From the NCBI GenBank assembly GCA_002897775.1, contig BDTR01000032.1, forward strand, positions 5,556 through 69,555: a DNA stretch of 64,000 nucleotides, read 5' to 3'. A model generated the notes under the pieces. The model saw only the letters and a program-made list of their open reading frames with translations. It ran no database searches and was not told the DNA's origin. This DNA is from a bacterium BMS3Bbin08 (lineage in GTDB: Bacteria; Nitrospirota; Thermodesulfovibrionia; UBA6902; BMS3Bbin08). Of this stretch, positions 35,812 through 46,048 are shown piece after piece. The position numbers were made by a program, and so were the translations under genes. Position 1 is the stretch's first letter, and every line of letters starts with the position of its first letter.

Positions 35812-38469
35812 ATGTTCGGGAAGATAAGGAATTTTTTTAAAAAGAAACCGCAAAGGGTAGATAGGAAATTGCCTTTCAGGGAGGTTTTCAGCCGCTTCCG
35901 CCAAGTGCTTGACAGCAATAATCTCGCCCTTCAGATCATGGCGGATATGGGAGACAAGATGGGCGGTGATTATATATTTGACATAAACTACATAAAGAGC
36001 GCGTACGCGAAATTTGCCGACGCTGTCTTTAAATCCATCTACAACCTGAATGCGCTTGCGCAGAACAGGTACTTATATCTGCATGGGACTTATGAGAAGA
36101 TCAATTCCCAGATAAACAGGATATTGCAGGGCAAACCGGTCGCCGAAGCGCTTGAGCCTGTGCTTTTCTACAAGGACATTTCATGGGAATTCGCCGACGC
36201 AGTAGGCGGGAAAAACTCCGCTATAGCCACAATGTACAACAATCTTAAAATTAATGTGCCAGAAGGTTTCGCCATCACGACAGGCGCGTTCAAAAGGTTT
36301 GTCGAATATAACGGTATAGAAGAGAAGATCGAGGACCTGAAGCAGAAATACAAAAAGGCGTCGCAGCGGTCCCGGAAAGATGACATAATGACAACCGCAA
36401 CATTTGCGGAGGCCGGTGAACATGAGACCGCAAAAGAAATCGTGAGCGGTGTCGATTACATGAACGAGTCTTTTTTACAGGACATCCGGGAACTGTTCCT
36501 GAAGGGAGACATCCCTGCTGATATATCGGAAATTATAGAAGCTACCCTCGAGACGATGAAGATAAATCATGAAGGACCTTTATTTTTAGCGGTAAGAAGC
36601 AGCGCCGAAGAGGAGGATACCGAATTTTCCTTTGCTGGCCAGTTTGAAACTGAACTCAATGTGCCGGCTGAAAGGAAACCTGTTGAGGAGGCATATCGGA
36701 AAGTCCTTGCGAGTCTTTATTCGCGGAAAGCCATGGCCTATAAAGAACATATTATGCCCGAAGACAATTTGATTAATATGAGTGTCGGGTGTATGAAAAT
36801 GGTAAACGCCTCTGCAAGCGGCGTAATGAACACTATCGACCCCACTAATCTGAATAATGACGTAATCATAATAAATGCCAACTGGGGGCTGGGTAAGACG
36901 GTGGTTGATGGTTCTGTTGACGCTGACCACTTTATTATCTCGAAAGATGAGACTTACAGGGTCATTGACAGCAGGACAGGGAAAAAGAACGTCATGATAT
37001 CAGCGGACCCAAAAGGGGGGGTCAGCGAAATGGTGATATCCCCGGAAGAAGGGGAAAAACAGTGTCTCAACGAAGAACAGCTAAAAAAGCTCGCACATTA
37101 TGCAGTTACAATAGAGCATTATTTTAAAAAGCCACAGGATATAGAATGGGCTATTGACAGGAAGGGCGATATATTTATTGTTCAGTCAAGGCCGTTAAGG
37201 GTTTCGTCCAAGATACGGGCAGGGTCCAGGAACATATCTTGCAAGCTCGATAAATACGATGTAATTATGGAAGGCAAGGGCGTCATAGCCCAGCGCGGCA
37301 TCGGCTCTGGGAAGGTATTTGTGCTTAAAAGTCTGGATGACCTGAAAGACTTCGTAGCCGGTTCCATACTTGTGGCCAGGCATGATTCGTCACATTTTAT
37401 CAGAGTCATGCCCAAGGCGTCCGCGATTATTACCGACATGGGGACACCTACGAGCCACATGGCTAATATTGCCAGGGAGTTCCAGGTTCCGACAATAGTA
37501 AATACCGGCGACGGGACCACGGTCCTGAATCACGGGGAGGAAATCACGGTAGACGCCGATGACAACAGGATATATAAAGGGATAATCCAGGAACTGATGA
37601 AGTACAGGATATCATCGGACATCGATCTGAAGGGTACAAAGGAGTTCAGGCTTCTCAAGAAAATGCTCAGATATATAACACCTTTAAACCTGATCGACCC
37701 GTTACTGGAAAATTTCACACCGGAGGGCTGCAAAACCTTTCACGATATAATCAGGTTTATTCATGAAAAAGCCATCGCCGAGCTTGTCAATGTAAAGCGT
37801 TACGAGGGAAATATGTTAAAGGATAACGTAGCTATTAAACTCGATGTGAGCATACCGACAGGCATATTCATCATAGATATCGGCGGGGGGCTGGACCTCG
37901 TGAGCGGGAGCAGCATGGCGTCTTTTGATGAGATCACTTCTATCCCTTTTAAGTCAATCATGAGTGGAATGATGCATCCGGGAGTTTGGCACTCTGATTC
38001 CGTCTCAATGAGGGTCAATGATTTTATGTCGAGCATGATGAAGATGCCTGACATATCATCAATGCGTTACCTCGGCGATAACATCGCGGTAATTTCCCGT
38101 GAATATGTCAATATGAGCCTTAGGTTCGGCTATCACTTTAACATGCTTGACTGCTATTGCAGTGAAAATGTCAGGGACAACCATATCTACTTCCGGTTTG
38201 TCGGGGGAGCTACAGACATTTCCAAAAGGTCAAGGCGCGCAGAACTTCTGGCGATCATTCTCAAGGAATTCAACCTGATAGTGAATCTAAAGGGCGACCT
38301 GATTATAGGCCGCACCGGAAATGTGAGCCGGGCGGAAATGGAGGAGATTCTCGACAAACTCGGCAGGCTAATAGCCTATACCCGCCAGCTTGATGCCCTT
38401 CTCGATGATGATGAGACCGTTAACAGGTACGCCAGGCAATTCCTTGAAGAGAACTATACATTGGATTAG
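35812..38469 (+). CDS. PEP synthase / pyruvate-phosphate dikinase-like phosphotransferase: N-terminal unknown domain, PPDK_N ATP-grasp, swivel phospho-His domain, C-terminal unknown domain; no PEP/pyruvate TIM barrel
   Basis: 885 aa. ATP-grasp region (AVRSSAEEEDTEFSFAGQFETELNV). Mobile domain with the catalytic His (GTPTSHMANIAREFQVPTIV). N- and C-terminal regions about 130 and 300 aa long, homologous to those of the next gene. Confidence 0.72.
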   Translation: MFGKIRNFFKKKPQRVDRKLPFREVFSRFRQVLDSNNLALQIMADMGDKMGGDYIFDINYIKSAYAKFADAVFKSIYNLNALAQNRYLYLHGTYEKINSQINRILQGKPVAEALEPVLFYKDISWEFADAVGGKNSAIATMYNNLKINVPEGFAITTGAFKRFVEYNGIEEKIEDLKQKYKKASQRSRKDDIMTTATFAEAGEHETAKEIVSGVDYMNESFLQDIRELFLKGDIPADISEIIEATLETMKINHEGPLFLAVRSSAEEEDTEFSFAGQFETELNVPAERKPVEEAYRKVLASLYSRKAMAYKEHIMPEDNLINMSVGCMKMVNASASGVMNTIDPTNLNNDVIIINANWGLGKTVVDGSVDADHFIISKDETYRVIDSRTGKKNVMISADPKGGVSEMVISPEEGEKQCLNEEQLKKLAHYAVTIEHYFKKPQDIEWAIDRKGDIFIVQSRPLRVSSKIRAGSRNISCKLDKYDVIMEGKGVIAQRGIGSGKVFVLKSLDDLKDFVAGSILVARHDSSHFIRVMPKASAIITDMGTPTSHMANIAREFQVPTIVNTGDGTTVLNHGEEITVDADDNRIYKGIIQELMKYRISSDIDLKGTKEFRLLKKMLRYITPLNLIDPLLENFTPEGCKTFHDIIRFIHEKAIAELVNVKRYEGNMLKDNVAIKLDVSIPTGIFIIDIGGGLDLVSGSSMASFDEITSIPFKSIMSGMMHPGVWHSDSVSMRVNDFMSSMMKMPDISSMRYLGDNIAVISREYVNMSLRFGYHFNMLDCYCSENVRDNHIYFRFVGGATDISKRSRRAELLAIILKEFNLIVNLKGDLIIGRTGNVSRAEMEEILDKLGRLIAYTRQLDALLDDDETVNRYARQFLEENYTLD

Positions 38470-38528
38470 AGGATCGATAGGTCGACACCGTAAAAGTTAC
38501 GGTCTGATATTTTTGAGCCGGAGATAAC

Positions 38529-41129
38529 ATGGGCATTGATTCAATTATTAAAAAAACCGGAAATTTTTTAAAAAAATTCGACGGTATTCTGCATGGAAAG
38601 AGCAAGACATCTGAACTGGACCTTTTGATCCCCGGTGAGAATTATTTCAGGCTGAGGAGCAGGTATTACAGCTACAAGAGCCTTCTTTTAAAAAATAACG
38701 AGCTTCTGGATTCCCTGTCCGAAGTTGAAGAAGGTCTCGAATCAAAGACCCTGACTATTCAGAACTTCAGGGCGCATGTGGCGCGCATTTTCGATACGGC
38801 ATTCGGTTTTATTCAGAGCCTGAACGACATGGCTGACAATCGTTACCAGTATCTTTATGAAGTGCTGGAGCGAATCAGAGAAACAGCCCAGAGCCACTTT
38901 AAGAAAGAAACCGGGGGGAAAGCTTCGGACCTTGTTATCCCCATAGATAAAATAACGGCTGAACATTTCAAGGACGTCGGTGGTAAGGCGGGAAACCTCG
39001 GAGAGATAAGAAATATGTTAAGGCTGCCATCACCCGGGGGGTTTTCAATTACTGTACGGGCGTACAGGGAATTCATGTCTTACAATAACCTTGAGCAGGA
39101 GATTAACAGGCTCTCCGGCTCGGTGGACATGAACGACACTGCCGGGCTCGAAAATGTCTCCGAGGCGGTCCGGAAGTTGATCATGGGATCCCGGGTGCCG
39201 CCCGTGATAGAGGAAGCAATTGATGAAGAAGTGGGAAGGTTTGGAAAAGAGAAAAGCTTCTCTGTGAGGTCAAGCGCAGTCGGTGAAGACGGCAAGATAT
39301 CTTTCGCAGGACAATTCACAAGCGTTCTGAATGTGGGCGCGGGAGATATTACAAGCGCTTACAAAGAAGTGATAACGAGTAAATACGGAAGAAGGGCGGT
39401 ATTCTACCGGCAGGCAAAGGGAATAAAAGATAAAGATATTCCGATGGCTGTGCTTGTTCTTGAGATGATAGATTCGAAGTCGTCAGGGGTTCTTTATACT
39501 TTGAACCCAGGATATCCTGAAAGAGACGAGACCATAATCAGCTCGGTATGGGGACAGGGACAATACGCGGTCGGCGGAAAGATATCCCCGGACATGTTCA
39601 TACTTGACCGGCGAGACAATGGTAAAATCATAAGCAGTGTTGTGCCCGGGAAGAGTGTACAGCTTGCCATGAAACCGGACGGGGGAATGGAAGAGTTGCC
39701 GGTCCCGGAACGAGACCGTAATACGGCGAGTATTTCAGAAAGCAATATAAAAGAACTTTATCATTTTAGCCGAGTAATTGAAAGGCATTTCGGCGAACCG
39801 CAGGACATAGAGTGGACGGTCGATAAAAAGGGACTCATTCAGATACTCCAGACACGGCCCCTTCATATCAGGAGGGTCATACAGCCCTCGGCTCCTGACA
39901 CATTCGCCAAGAGGAAGGTCATGCTTTCACAGGGGGAAACGGCAAGCCGTGGAATCGCCTCGGGGCCGGTTTTTATCGTTGACAAATTCAGCCAGATAAA
40001 TGATTTCCCCCCGGGTGCCGTATTGATAGCGAGGAACTCGTCAAATGAATTTGTAAAGCTGATGCGTTCAGCCTCAGCCGTAGTTATAGAGACGGGCAGT
40101 ATTACAAGTCATCTTGCTACAGTGGCAAGAGAGTTTAATGTTCCGACGGTAGTCAACGTCAGGAATGTCCGGCAGATATTGAGAAACGAAAGGTCGGTTA
40201 CCGTAGACGCAAACTCCGGGCGGATTTACAGGGGGATGATCGAGGGTGTCGCCCGTCCCGTGCCGGATACCCGCGTTGCGGAAAACGTCTCTGCCGACGA
40301 AGGCATTATAAGGACGGTGATGAAATACATAACGCCCTTGAACCTTGTCACTCTCGATGAAAGCGAGATAACTCCGGAGGAATTCAAGACCGTGCACGAT
40401 ATAATAAGATACGTGCACGAGGTCTCCGTCAAGGAGATGTTTCGCATAGGAGAGCTTACCGAGGGGGAGGGTTCCACCCAGCAGCTTGTTTCAGACCTGA
40501 TTCCCATGTATTTCTATATTATTGATCTTGACGGCGGCGTTGTGGATGAAGCCAAATTCCTGAAAAAAATAGGCCCTGAACATATTACGTCGATCCCGTT
40601 AAAGGCGCTGTGGAAAGGCATGACCCATGAAGGGGTCAGGTGGTCGGGCCCTGTTGATATTGACATGGGAGGCCTTGCTTCGGTTATGGCCAGGTCTTTT
40701 GTGCGTACAGGTGTCACTGAAAAAGGGGGAAAGGCCTATGTTATTGTCACTGATCAGTATCTGAACCTGAGCGTAAAACTTGCATATCACTTTAGCGTGT
40801 TTGACGTCTTCTGCGGGGAGAGCTATATCAATAATTATATAAATTTCCGTTTTCAGGGAGGAGGCGCCAGCGCGGACGGAAGAATGCGGCGCGCCATGTT
40901 CCTCAGAGAGGTACTTGAATCTCTGGACTTCAGGGTGGAAGTCAAGGATGACATGGTCATTGCTGATATGAAAGGGGCGTCCAGGCAGGAGACAGAGGAA
41001 AGGCTGGATGTGCTGGGGCGATTGCTCGGCTGTTCAAGACAGCTTGATATGGCGATAAACAGTATGGAGGCAAAGGACTGGTATGTCAGGGCATTTTTAG
41101 AAGGCAATTATTCATTTGAACACAAATAA
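38529..41129 (+). CDS. PEP synthase-like phosphotransferase, tandem paralog (same four-part architecture)
   Basis: 866 aa. ATP-grasp (SVRSSAVGEDGKISFAGQFTSVLNV). Swivel His (GSITSHLATVAREFNVPTVV). Shared N-terminal motif NRYQYLY and a shared C-terminal domain. Confidence 0.72.
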   Translation: MGIDSIIKKTGNFLKKFDGILHGKSKTSELDLLIPGENYFRLRSRYYSYKSLLLKNNELLDSLSEVEEGLESKTLTIQNFRAHVARIFDTAFGFIQSLNDMADNRYQYLYEVLERIRETAQSHFKKETGGKASDLVIPIDKITAEHFKDVGGKAGNLGEIRNMLRLPSPGGFSITVRAYREFMSYNNLEQEINRLSGSVDMNDTAGLENVSEAVRKLIMGSRVPPVIEEAIDEEVGRFGKEKSFSVRSSAVGEDGKISFAGQFTSVLNVGAGDITSAYKEVITSKYGRRAVFYRQAKGIKDKDIPMAVLVLEMIDSKSSGVLYTLNPGYPERDETIISSVWGQGQYAVGGKISPDMFILDRRDNGKIISSVVPGKSVQLAMKPDGGMEELPVPERDRNTASISESNIKELYHFSRVIERHFGEPQDIEWTVDKKGLIQILQTRPLHIRRVIQPSAPDTFAKRKVMLSQGETASRGIASGPVFIVDKFSQINDFPPGAVLIARNSSNEFVKLMRSASAVVIETGSITSHLATVAREFNVPTVVNVRNVRQILRNERSVTVDANSGRIYRGMIEGVARPVPDTRVAENVSADEGIIRTVMKYITPLNLVTLDESEITPEEFKTVHDIIRYVHEVSVKEMFRIGELTEGEGSTQQLVSDLIPMYFYIIDLDGGVVDEAKFLKKIGPEHITSIPLKALWKGMTHEGVRWSGPVDIDMGGLASVMARSFVRTGVTEKGGKAYVIVTDQYLNLSVKLAYHFSVFDVFCGESYINNYINFRFQGGGASADGRMRRAMFLREVLESLDFRVEVKDDMVIADMKGASRQETEERLDVLGRLLGCSRQLDMAINSMEAKDWYVRAFLEGNYSFEHK

Positions 41130-41199
41130 ACATAAAAGTGTTTCCAGCGGTCGACGTTAGAAGATTCCTGTGGATCCGGAAACCCCGGATTAAACACAT

Positions 41200-42840
41200 A
41201 TGCTTAAAGCAAAGTTTGACAGGTTGATTAAAAACGCGGTCATAACCGATCAGGCGCTGGATGACGCGATAAAAGAGTCGGAGCGTTCGGGTAGCCATAT
41301 CGAAGAAACTCTGATGCGCAAGGGCATACCGAAACATGAAATATTAATATGCCTGTCAGAATATTACGGGTGCCCTTTCGTGGAATACGAAGAAGATATT
41401 ATGGTGTCACGAAATATCACAATGGGCCTTGATATGCAAAAGCTGAAAAGTGACCTCTGGTTCCCCCTTTCCGCCAGAAATGGCCGGGCTGAGGTGATAG
41501 TTTCTGATCCGGAAAACCGCGCCGTTGCCGATGATGTTAAAAAGGGCCTTAATGTTGATAGAATCAAATTTTTTCTCGCTCTCCCTTCCGACATAGTCAG
41601 AATAATCGAGAACAACCAGGACGTGAATCCAGGTTTTTCCGCCGAGGCAGGGAGGACCCCCCTTGCCATGGTCAGGACATTTCTCGCGGAGAGGCGTTCA
41701 CTTCTGGCCTGCATCAGGACGTCTCTGGCCAAGGCAAGGACGGGCCTTGCCTTTATCCGCACCGGCATTGCCTTTATTACCGTTGCCCTTGTCCTGTTCC
41801 GGCTTTTCGGCATCGGATATTTGACAATTCTTGAAGCGGTGCTTTTGCTGGCGGGTCTCTTCATGGCGGTTGACGGATTTCTATGGTATATCCCGGCCAG
41901 GCAAAGAGGGAAAAGAATATTTGATTGCAATTGCACGGAACTGACATGGGGAACGAGTGTGCTTACTATTTCAAACATATTGGAGAGCCCTTCTTTTGAG
42001 CGTTCCGGTATTGTGGAGGGGGCAACAAAGCTTCGAAAAGATTGGAGGGGTCTTTCTCCTGTTATGAGGCGGAGGTTCCTTGCCTGTGACAGAACGGACC
42101 TTGCCGAAGAAAGGACGTCTCTCGCCTGTTACAGGACAATGATGGCACGTGCGCGTACAGGGCTCGCATTCACACGAACGGGAATCGCCTTCATAGGTAT
42201 AGGCATCGCTTTGCTGAGACAGTTTCATGCGGGTGTGTGGACTATGTTTGATGCCCTGCTTATTATTATGGGCTTTGCTATGGTGACGGAGGGTTTTTAC
42301 TGGTATTTCCCGGGCCGTAGGGCAGGCGGTAAAGGTTTTGCGTCGGTCAGGAATGTCTATCGCAAACGCAGCATCTGGGAAATTGTCTTTCCCCCTGTTC
42401 ACAGAGATCCCGGCTCTGAGGATGACAGTTATCCTCACATTCCGGTGACACGATCTCAGTCCCCCGGGATATGGGGCACTACAGGCCTTGCCCTTGAACG
42501 TACTCTCCTTGCGGAAAGGCGCAATGTAATGGCGCGGCTGCGTACTGTAATGGCCCGCTCAAGGACGGGGCTGGCTTTTGTACGGACAGGGATGAGTATC
42601 TCTGCCGTGGGCGCCGGTCTTCTGGTATATTTCGGCGTCGGACTTCTTACATGGACGATATTTGATTCCGTTCTTATTTTAAGCGGGCTGGCGCTGGTTG
42701 TGGACGGTCTTTACTGGCATATCCCGGCGGACAAAATAAGGAGGCAGTTTCCGTACTGTTTCGGTGATATGGAAATTACCTTGCCTGATTACGGCAGGCC
42801 TGCCCGTTACTGGAAAAAAGTGGTTTTCAATCATGACTGA
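41200..42840 (+). CDS. membrane protein: N-terminal T2SS-E N-terminal-like (GSPII_E_N) cytoplasmic domain plus three DUF202/YidH-like repeats
   Basis: 546 aa. The N-terminal domain of about 150 aa resembles the GspE/PilB N1 regulatory domain. Three repeats of the ERxxLAxxRTxLAxxRTGLAFxRTG motif, each followed by two TM helices. Confidence 0.55.
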   Translation: MLKAKFDRLIKNAVITDQALDDAIKESERSGSHIEETLMRKGIPKHEILICLSEYYGCPFVEYEEDIMVSRNITMGLDMQKLKSDLWFPLSARNGRAEVIVSDPENRAVADDVKKGLNVDRIKFFLALPSDIVRIIENNQDVNPGFSAEAGRTPLAMVRTFLAERRSLLACIRTSLAKARTGLAFIRTGIAFITVALVLFRLFGIGYLTILEAVLLLAGLFMAVDGFLWYIPARQRGKRIFDCNCTELTWGTSVLTISNILESPSFERSGIVEGATKLRKDWRGLSPVMRRRFLACDRTDLAEERTSLACYRTMMARARTGLAFTRTGIAFIGIGIALLRQFHAGVWTMFDALLIIMGFAMVTEGFYWYFPGRRAGGKGFASVRNVYRKRSIWEIVFPPVHRDPGSEDDSYPHIPVTRSQSPGIWGTTGLALERTLLAERRNVMARLRTVMARSRTGLAFVRTGMSISAVGAGLLVYFGVGLLTWTIFDSVLILSGLALVVDGLYWHIPADKIRRQFPYCFGDMEITLPDYGRPARYWKKVVFNHD

Positions 42841-44086
42841 ATACGATCGCGCTGAAAATAGTTCTGACATTTCAATGGACGGGGACCGTCCGGCAACTGG
42901 CGTGGGGAGATATCGTCTGTTGGCAGACTGGGGTGTTATAGCTGAGGATAAACTCCGTGAAGCCAATGATTCAGCTGTTGCCAGAGGGTTGGCGCTGGAA
43001 ACGGTGCTCACAAGAGATTATCATGTTCCCCGTCATGCCCTTTTAAAGGCGCTCTCGGAGTTGTACCGCTGTCCTTATGTCGAATATGACGAGAGGCTGC
43101 CGATTCCCCCGGAACTCATATCCGGACTTGACGGAGACAGGCTCTCTCTCAGCAGATGGTTTCCGATCATCAAAGATGGAGACACGGCTGTAATAGCGGT
43201 GAATGATCCCTGTGACCGGGCTGTTTTAAGCGAGATAAAGGAATTCATCGGAGCTAAAAAGTACGAGATCCGGGTGGCGCTTGAAGACGATATTCAATGG
43301 TTTATCCGGGATTTTCTGCATACAAAACCTGGATATCTCATCGGGACAGAGAGGACAGGTCTTGCCTTTTGGCGTAATACAATGGCCCATTGGAGAACGA
43401 GGCTCGCCTGTTACAGGAATGATCTCGCCAGGGCCAGAACCAATCTTGCGTTCCTGAGATGGGGGCTGGGAACTGTAGCTCTCTCTGATGCGCTTATGCG
43501 CGCACAGAAATTCCATGTGCCGGTCTATCTTTACTGGGGCATGATGCTCACCGGATTTTCCCTGGTAATATTCGGCCTGTTCGGGTATACGAAAATCAGG
43601 AGGGCAAGAATGTCTCCTCCGGGACAGCAGACCCTTGTTGAGGTAACATCAGCCGTACTGAATTTCCTCGAGAATTATCATTTTATCGAAAACACCGGCA
43701 CAGTAGTGCACACAAAGCAAACAATGCTCGCGCGACTCGGCGATTTCCTTGCCGGTCACTGTACGATTCTCTATCCTTTGCCGGCCAGCAGGGAACGCAC
43801 ACAGTTGGCCCGCGAAAGGAATGTCCTTGCGGGCCAGCGGACAGTGGCCGCTTGCTATCGGACCATCTATGCCCGGGCGAGGACAGGACTTGCATTTATA
43901 AGGACCGGCGTTTCATTCTTGGGCCTCGCCCTTGGTCTTATCAGCTATTTCGGCTTCAGTTTACTGACCATATTCGATTTGATGCTCATAGTCGGGGGGG
44001 TATTGTTTGTGGTGGATGGTGCACTGTGGTATCTGCCGGTGAGAAAGGAACAGGCTGAGACCCCGAGATGTCCTGTGCCTACATAA
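42833..44086 (+). CDS. membrane protein paralog: T2SS-E N-terminal-like domain plus two DUF202/YidH-like repeats
   Basis: Start placed at the ATG at 42833 inside ATGACTGA, which overlaps the upstream stop. 417 aa. The N-terminal domain is homologous to the upstream gene (CPYVEYDERLPIPPELISGLD...). Two ER..RTGLAF repeats. The ORF-track start at 42764 would overlap the upstream gene by 77 nt. Confidence 0.55.
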   Translation: MTEYDRAENSSDISMDGDRPATGVGRYRLLADWGVIAEDKLREANDSAVARGLALETVLTRDYHVPRHALLKALSELYRCPYVEYDERLPIPPELISGLDGDRLSLSRWFPIIKDGDTAVIAVNDPCDRAVLSEIKEFIGAKKYEIRVALEDDIQWFIRDFLHTKPGYLIGTERTGLAFWRNTMAHWRTRLACYRNDLARARTNLAFLRWGLGTVALSDALMRAQKFHVPVYLYWGMMLTGFSLVIFGLFGYTKIRRARMSPPGQQTLVEVTSAVLNFLENYHFIENTGTVVHTKQTMLARLGDFLAGHCTILYPLPASRERTQLARERNVLAGQRTVAACYRTIYARARTGLAFIRTGVSFLGLALGLISYFGFSLLTIFDLMLIVGGVLFVVDGALWYLPVRKEQAETPRCPVPT

Positions 44087-44320
44087 AACAACCGTTTGTT
44101 CAAGAACCGTGTACAAAATTATTGCTTCTAATGCTTTTGACAATGAGCCGTCAATAGCAGAGGTTTTTCTGCTTTCTTAGCCGGGTCTTATTTTGACAAG
44201 GCTCACGTTTGCAGATCTTGTTGATAGTGTGGATGTGTTTTTTAATTATTGTGAACTTCAAGAATGTGATGTTTTTGATGTACAATATAAAATCTTATCC
44301 CTGGAACGTGAAGTGAGAAA

Positions 44321-46048
44321 ATGCAATTAAAAATCTGGCATAAAATGATTATCGGCATAGCCATCCCTTCCTTAATTGCCGTTCTGGGTGGATTTCTGAC
44401 CTACATATACATAAATAATGTTACTAACAGGCAGCGTTTTGTCGAGATCGCGGACGACCTGAAAGAAAGCGCTTTAGAAATCAGACGAAACGAAAAAAAC
44501 TTTCTCCATTACAAGAATGCCGAGAGTCTGAAGAATCTCGATATCGCGGTCTCGGCTTTCACCGCGTCGATCAGGGATATTTCATCGGTGGCCATTGAAG
44601 AAATAGGGAAAGAAGATTTCTCGGTACTTAATGAGACGATCCAAACATACCGGGATCTCATGAATGACCTGTACAAAAGTTATCGACGGGAATCCGAGGT
44701 CACCGAAAAGGTGAGAGCAGAGGGCAGAAAACTGGAAGATTTTGTGGCAAAGGGGGAACATGCATCTGATCTTACGACAAACTTCGTTTTTAATTTAAGG
44801 CTCATGGAAAAAAATTATATGCTTTTTCGTGATAATAAATCCTACGATGAGTTAGAACTCAAGCTCGGGGAATTAGGGAATTTTATCCCTTTCTGTGAAG
44901 AGTGCTTCCCTTACACAACGGCAATACAGACCCTTATGGATACTTATAAAAAAAGCAATTCGATAGTAAGCGATTTGCAGGTCATGGGAAACAAACTTGA
45001 AGAAACGACAGGGAAAATAGCTGACCGTGAAAGGTTGATGATAAAGTCTTTTCTTGCGCATACCCAGCGTCTTATTCTAATAGCATTTGCCCTGCTGAGT
45101 ATATTAGGCCCTTTATTTATATATAAGACCGCGAAAATAATAGTCGCCCCGATTAACAGGCTTGCCGCGATCACGCAAAAAATAGCCGAGGGAGACTTAT
45201 CTCTTAGAGCGCCCCTCAAGGAACACGACGAAACCTACTCACTGGCCGTGTCTTTCAATACAATGCTTGACCATCTTCAGCTTACTCACGAGTCTCTTGG
45301 GAGAAGCCTGGAGCTACTGCGTGAAAAGCAGGCCCAGCTTGTGGAAGCTGGAAAACTCGCGTCCCTCGGGGTTCTTACCGCCGGAGTGGCGCACGAGTTG
45401 ACAAACCCGCTCAATAATATATCCATGGTTGCCCAGACATATATCGAGCTCTATGACAATCTTCCCAGGGACAAACGGATCGGCTTTATGGAAACGGTGG
45501 AAAAAGAGACCGAGAGGACAAGAAAGATCGTCAATAATCTTTTGAGTTTCTCCAAACCGAAGAAAGCCAACCTGAAGGAAGCTTATGTCAATGTCATAAT
45601 ATTGAACGCCCTGGATTTCATGCAAAACATGATCCACGTTTCCAATATAGATACCAAATTAAACCTTGGGGATAATCTTCCCCACATTCTCATCGATGAA
45701 TCCCAGATAATTCAGGTGTTGATAAACCTTATAACAAATGCTGTTCATGCAATGCCTCCCGGCGGGTTATTGACCCTCTCAACAGGGCCTGGAAAAGAGA
45801 ATTTTATCGAGATCAAGGTGAAAGATACGGGGAAGGGCATTCCCCCCGAGTATTTGGGTCACATTTTTGATCCTTTTTTCAGCACAAAGGGAGTTGAAGG
45901 GACAGGTCTCGGACTATCGGTAAGTTATGGTATAATAAAAACCCATAAAGGGAACATCACTGTAGAAAGTACGGTCGGAGAGGGTACTGTTTTTACCATT
46001 GAACTGCCCGTATATAAAGGAGAAGGAATCAATCATGGAAAGCTATAG
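44321..46048 (+). CDS. sensor histidine kinase, paralog of 28616..30385
   Basis: 575 aa. Same N-terminus MQLKIWHKMIIGIAIPS and the sensor motif RRNEKNFLHYKN. Near-identical HAMP/HisKA stretch LRAPLKEHDETYSLAVSFNTMLDHLQLTHESL...GVAHELTNPLNN. Confidence 0.85.
   Translation: MQLKIWHKMIIGIAIPSLIAVLGGFLTYIYINNVTNRQRFVEIADDLKESALEIRRNEKNFLHYKNAESLKNLDIAVSAFTASIRDISSVAIEEIGKEDFSVLNETIQTYRDLMNDLYKSYRRESEVTEKVRAEGRKLEDFVAKGEHASDLTTNFVFNLRLMEKNYMLFRDNKSYDELELKLGELGNFIPFCEECFPYTTAIQTLMDTYKKSNSIVSDLQVMGNKLEETTGKIADRERLMIKSFLAHTQRLILIAFALLSILGPLFIYKTAKIIVAPINRLAAITQKIAEGDLSLRAPLKEHDETYSLAVSFNTMLDHLQLTHESLGRSLELLREKQAQLVEAGKLASLGVLTAGVAHELTNPLNNISMVAQTYIELYDNLPRDKRIGFMETVEKETERTRKIVNNLLSFSKPKKANLKEAYVNVIILNALDFMQNMIHVSNIDTKLNLGDNLPHILIDESQIIQVLINLITNAVHAMPPGGLLTLSTGPGKENFIEIKVKDTGKGIPPEYLGHIFDPFFSTKGVEGTGLGLSVSYGIIKTHKGNITVESTVGEGTVFTIELPVYKGEGINHGKL

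Noticed and set aside
42764-42832. Upstream start for the second DUF202 membrane protein
   Set aside because: It would overlap the preceding gene by 77 nt in another frame. The ATG at 42833 within ATGACTGA gives the standard 8-nt coupled overlap and begins the region homologous to the upstream paralog.
45999-46034. Upstream start for the receiver gene
   Set aside because: It overlaps the kinase coding sequence and has no RBS. The ATG at 46035 follows AAGGAGAAGG and begins the conserved receiver N-terminus.
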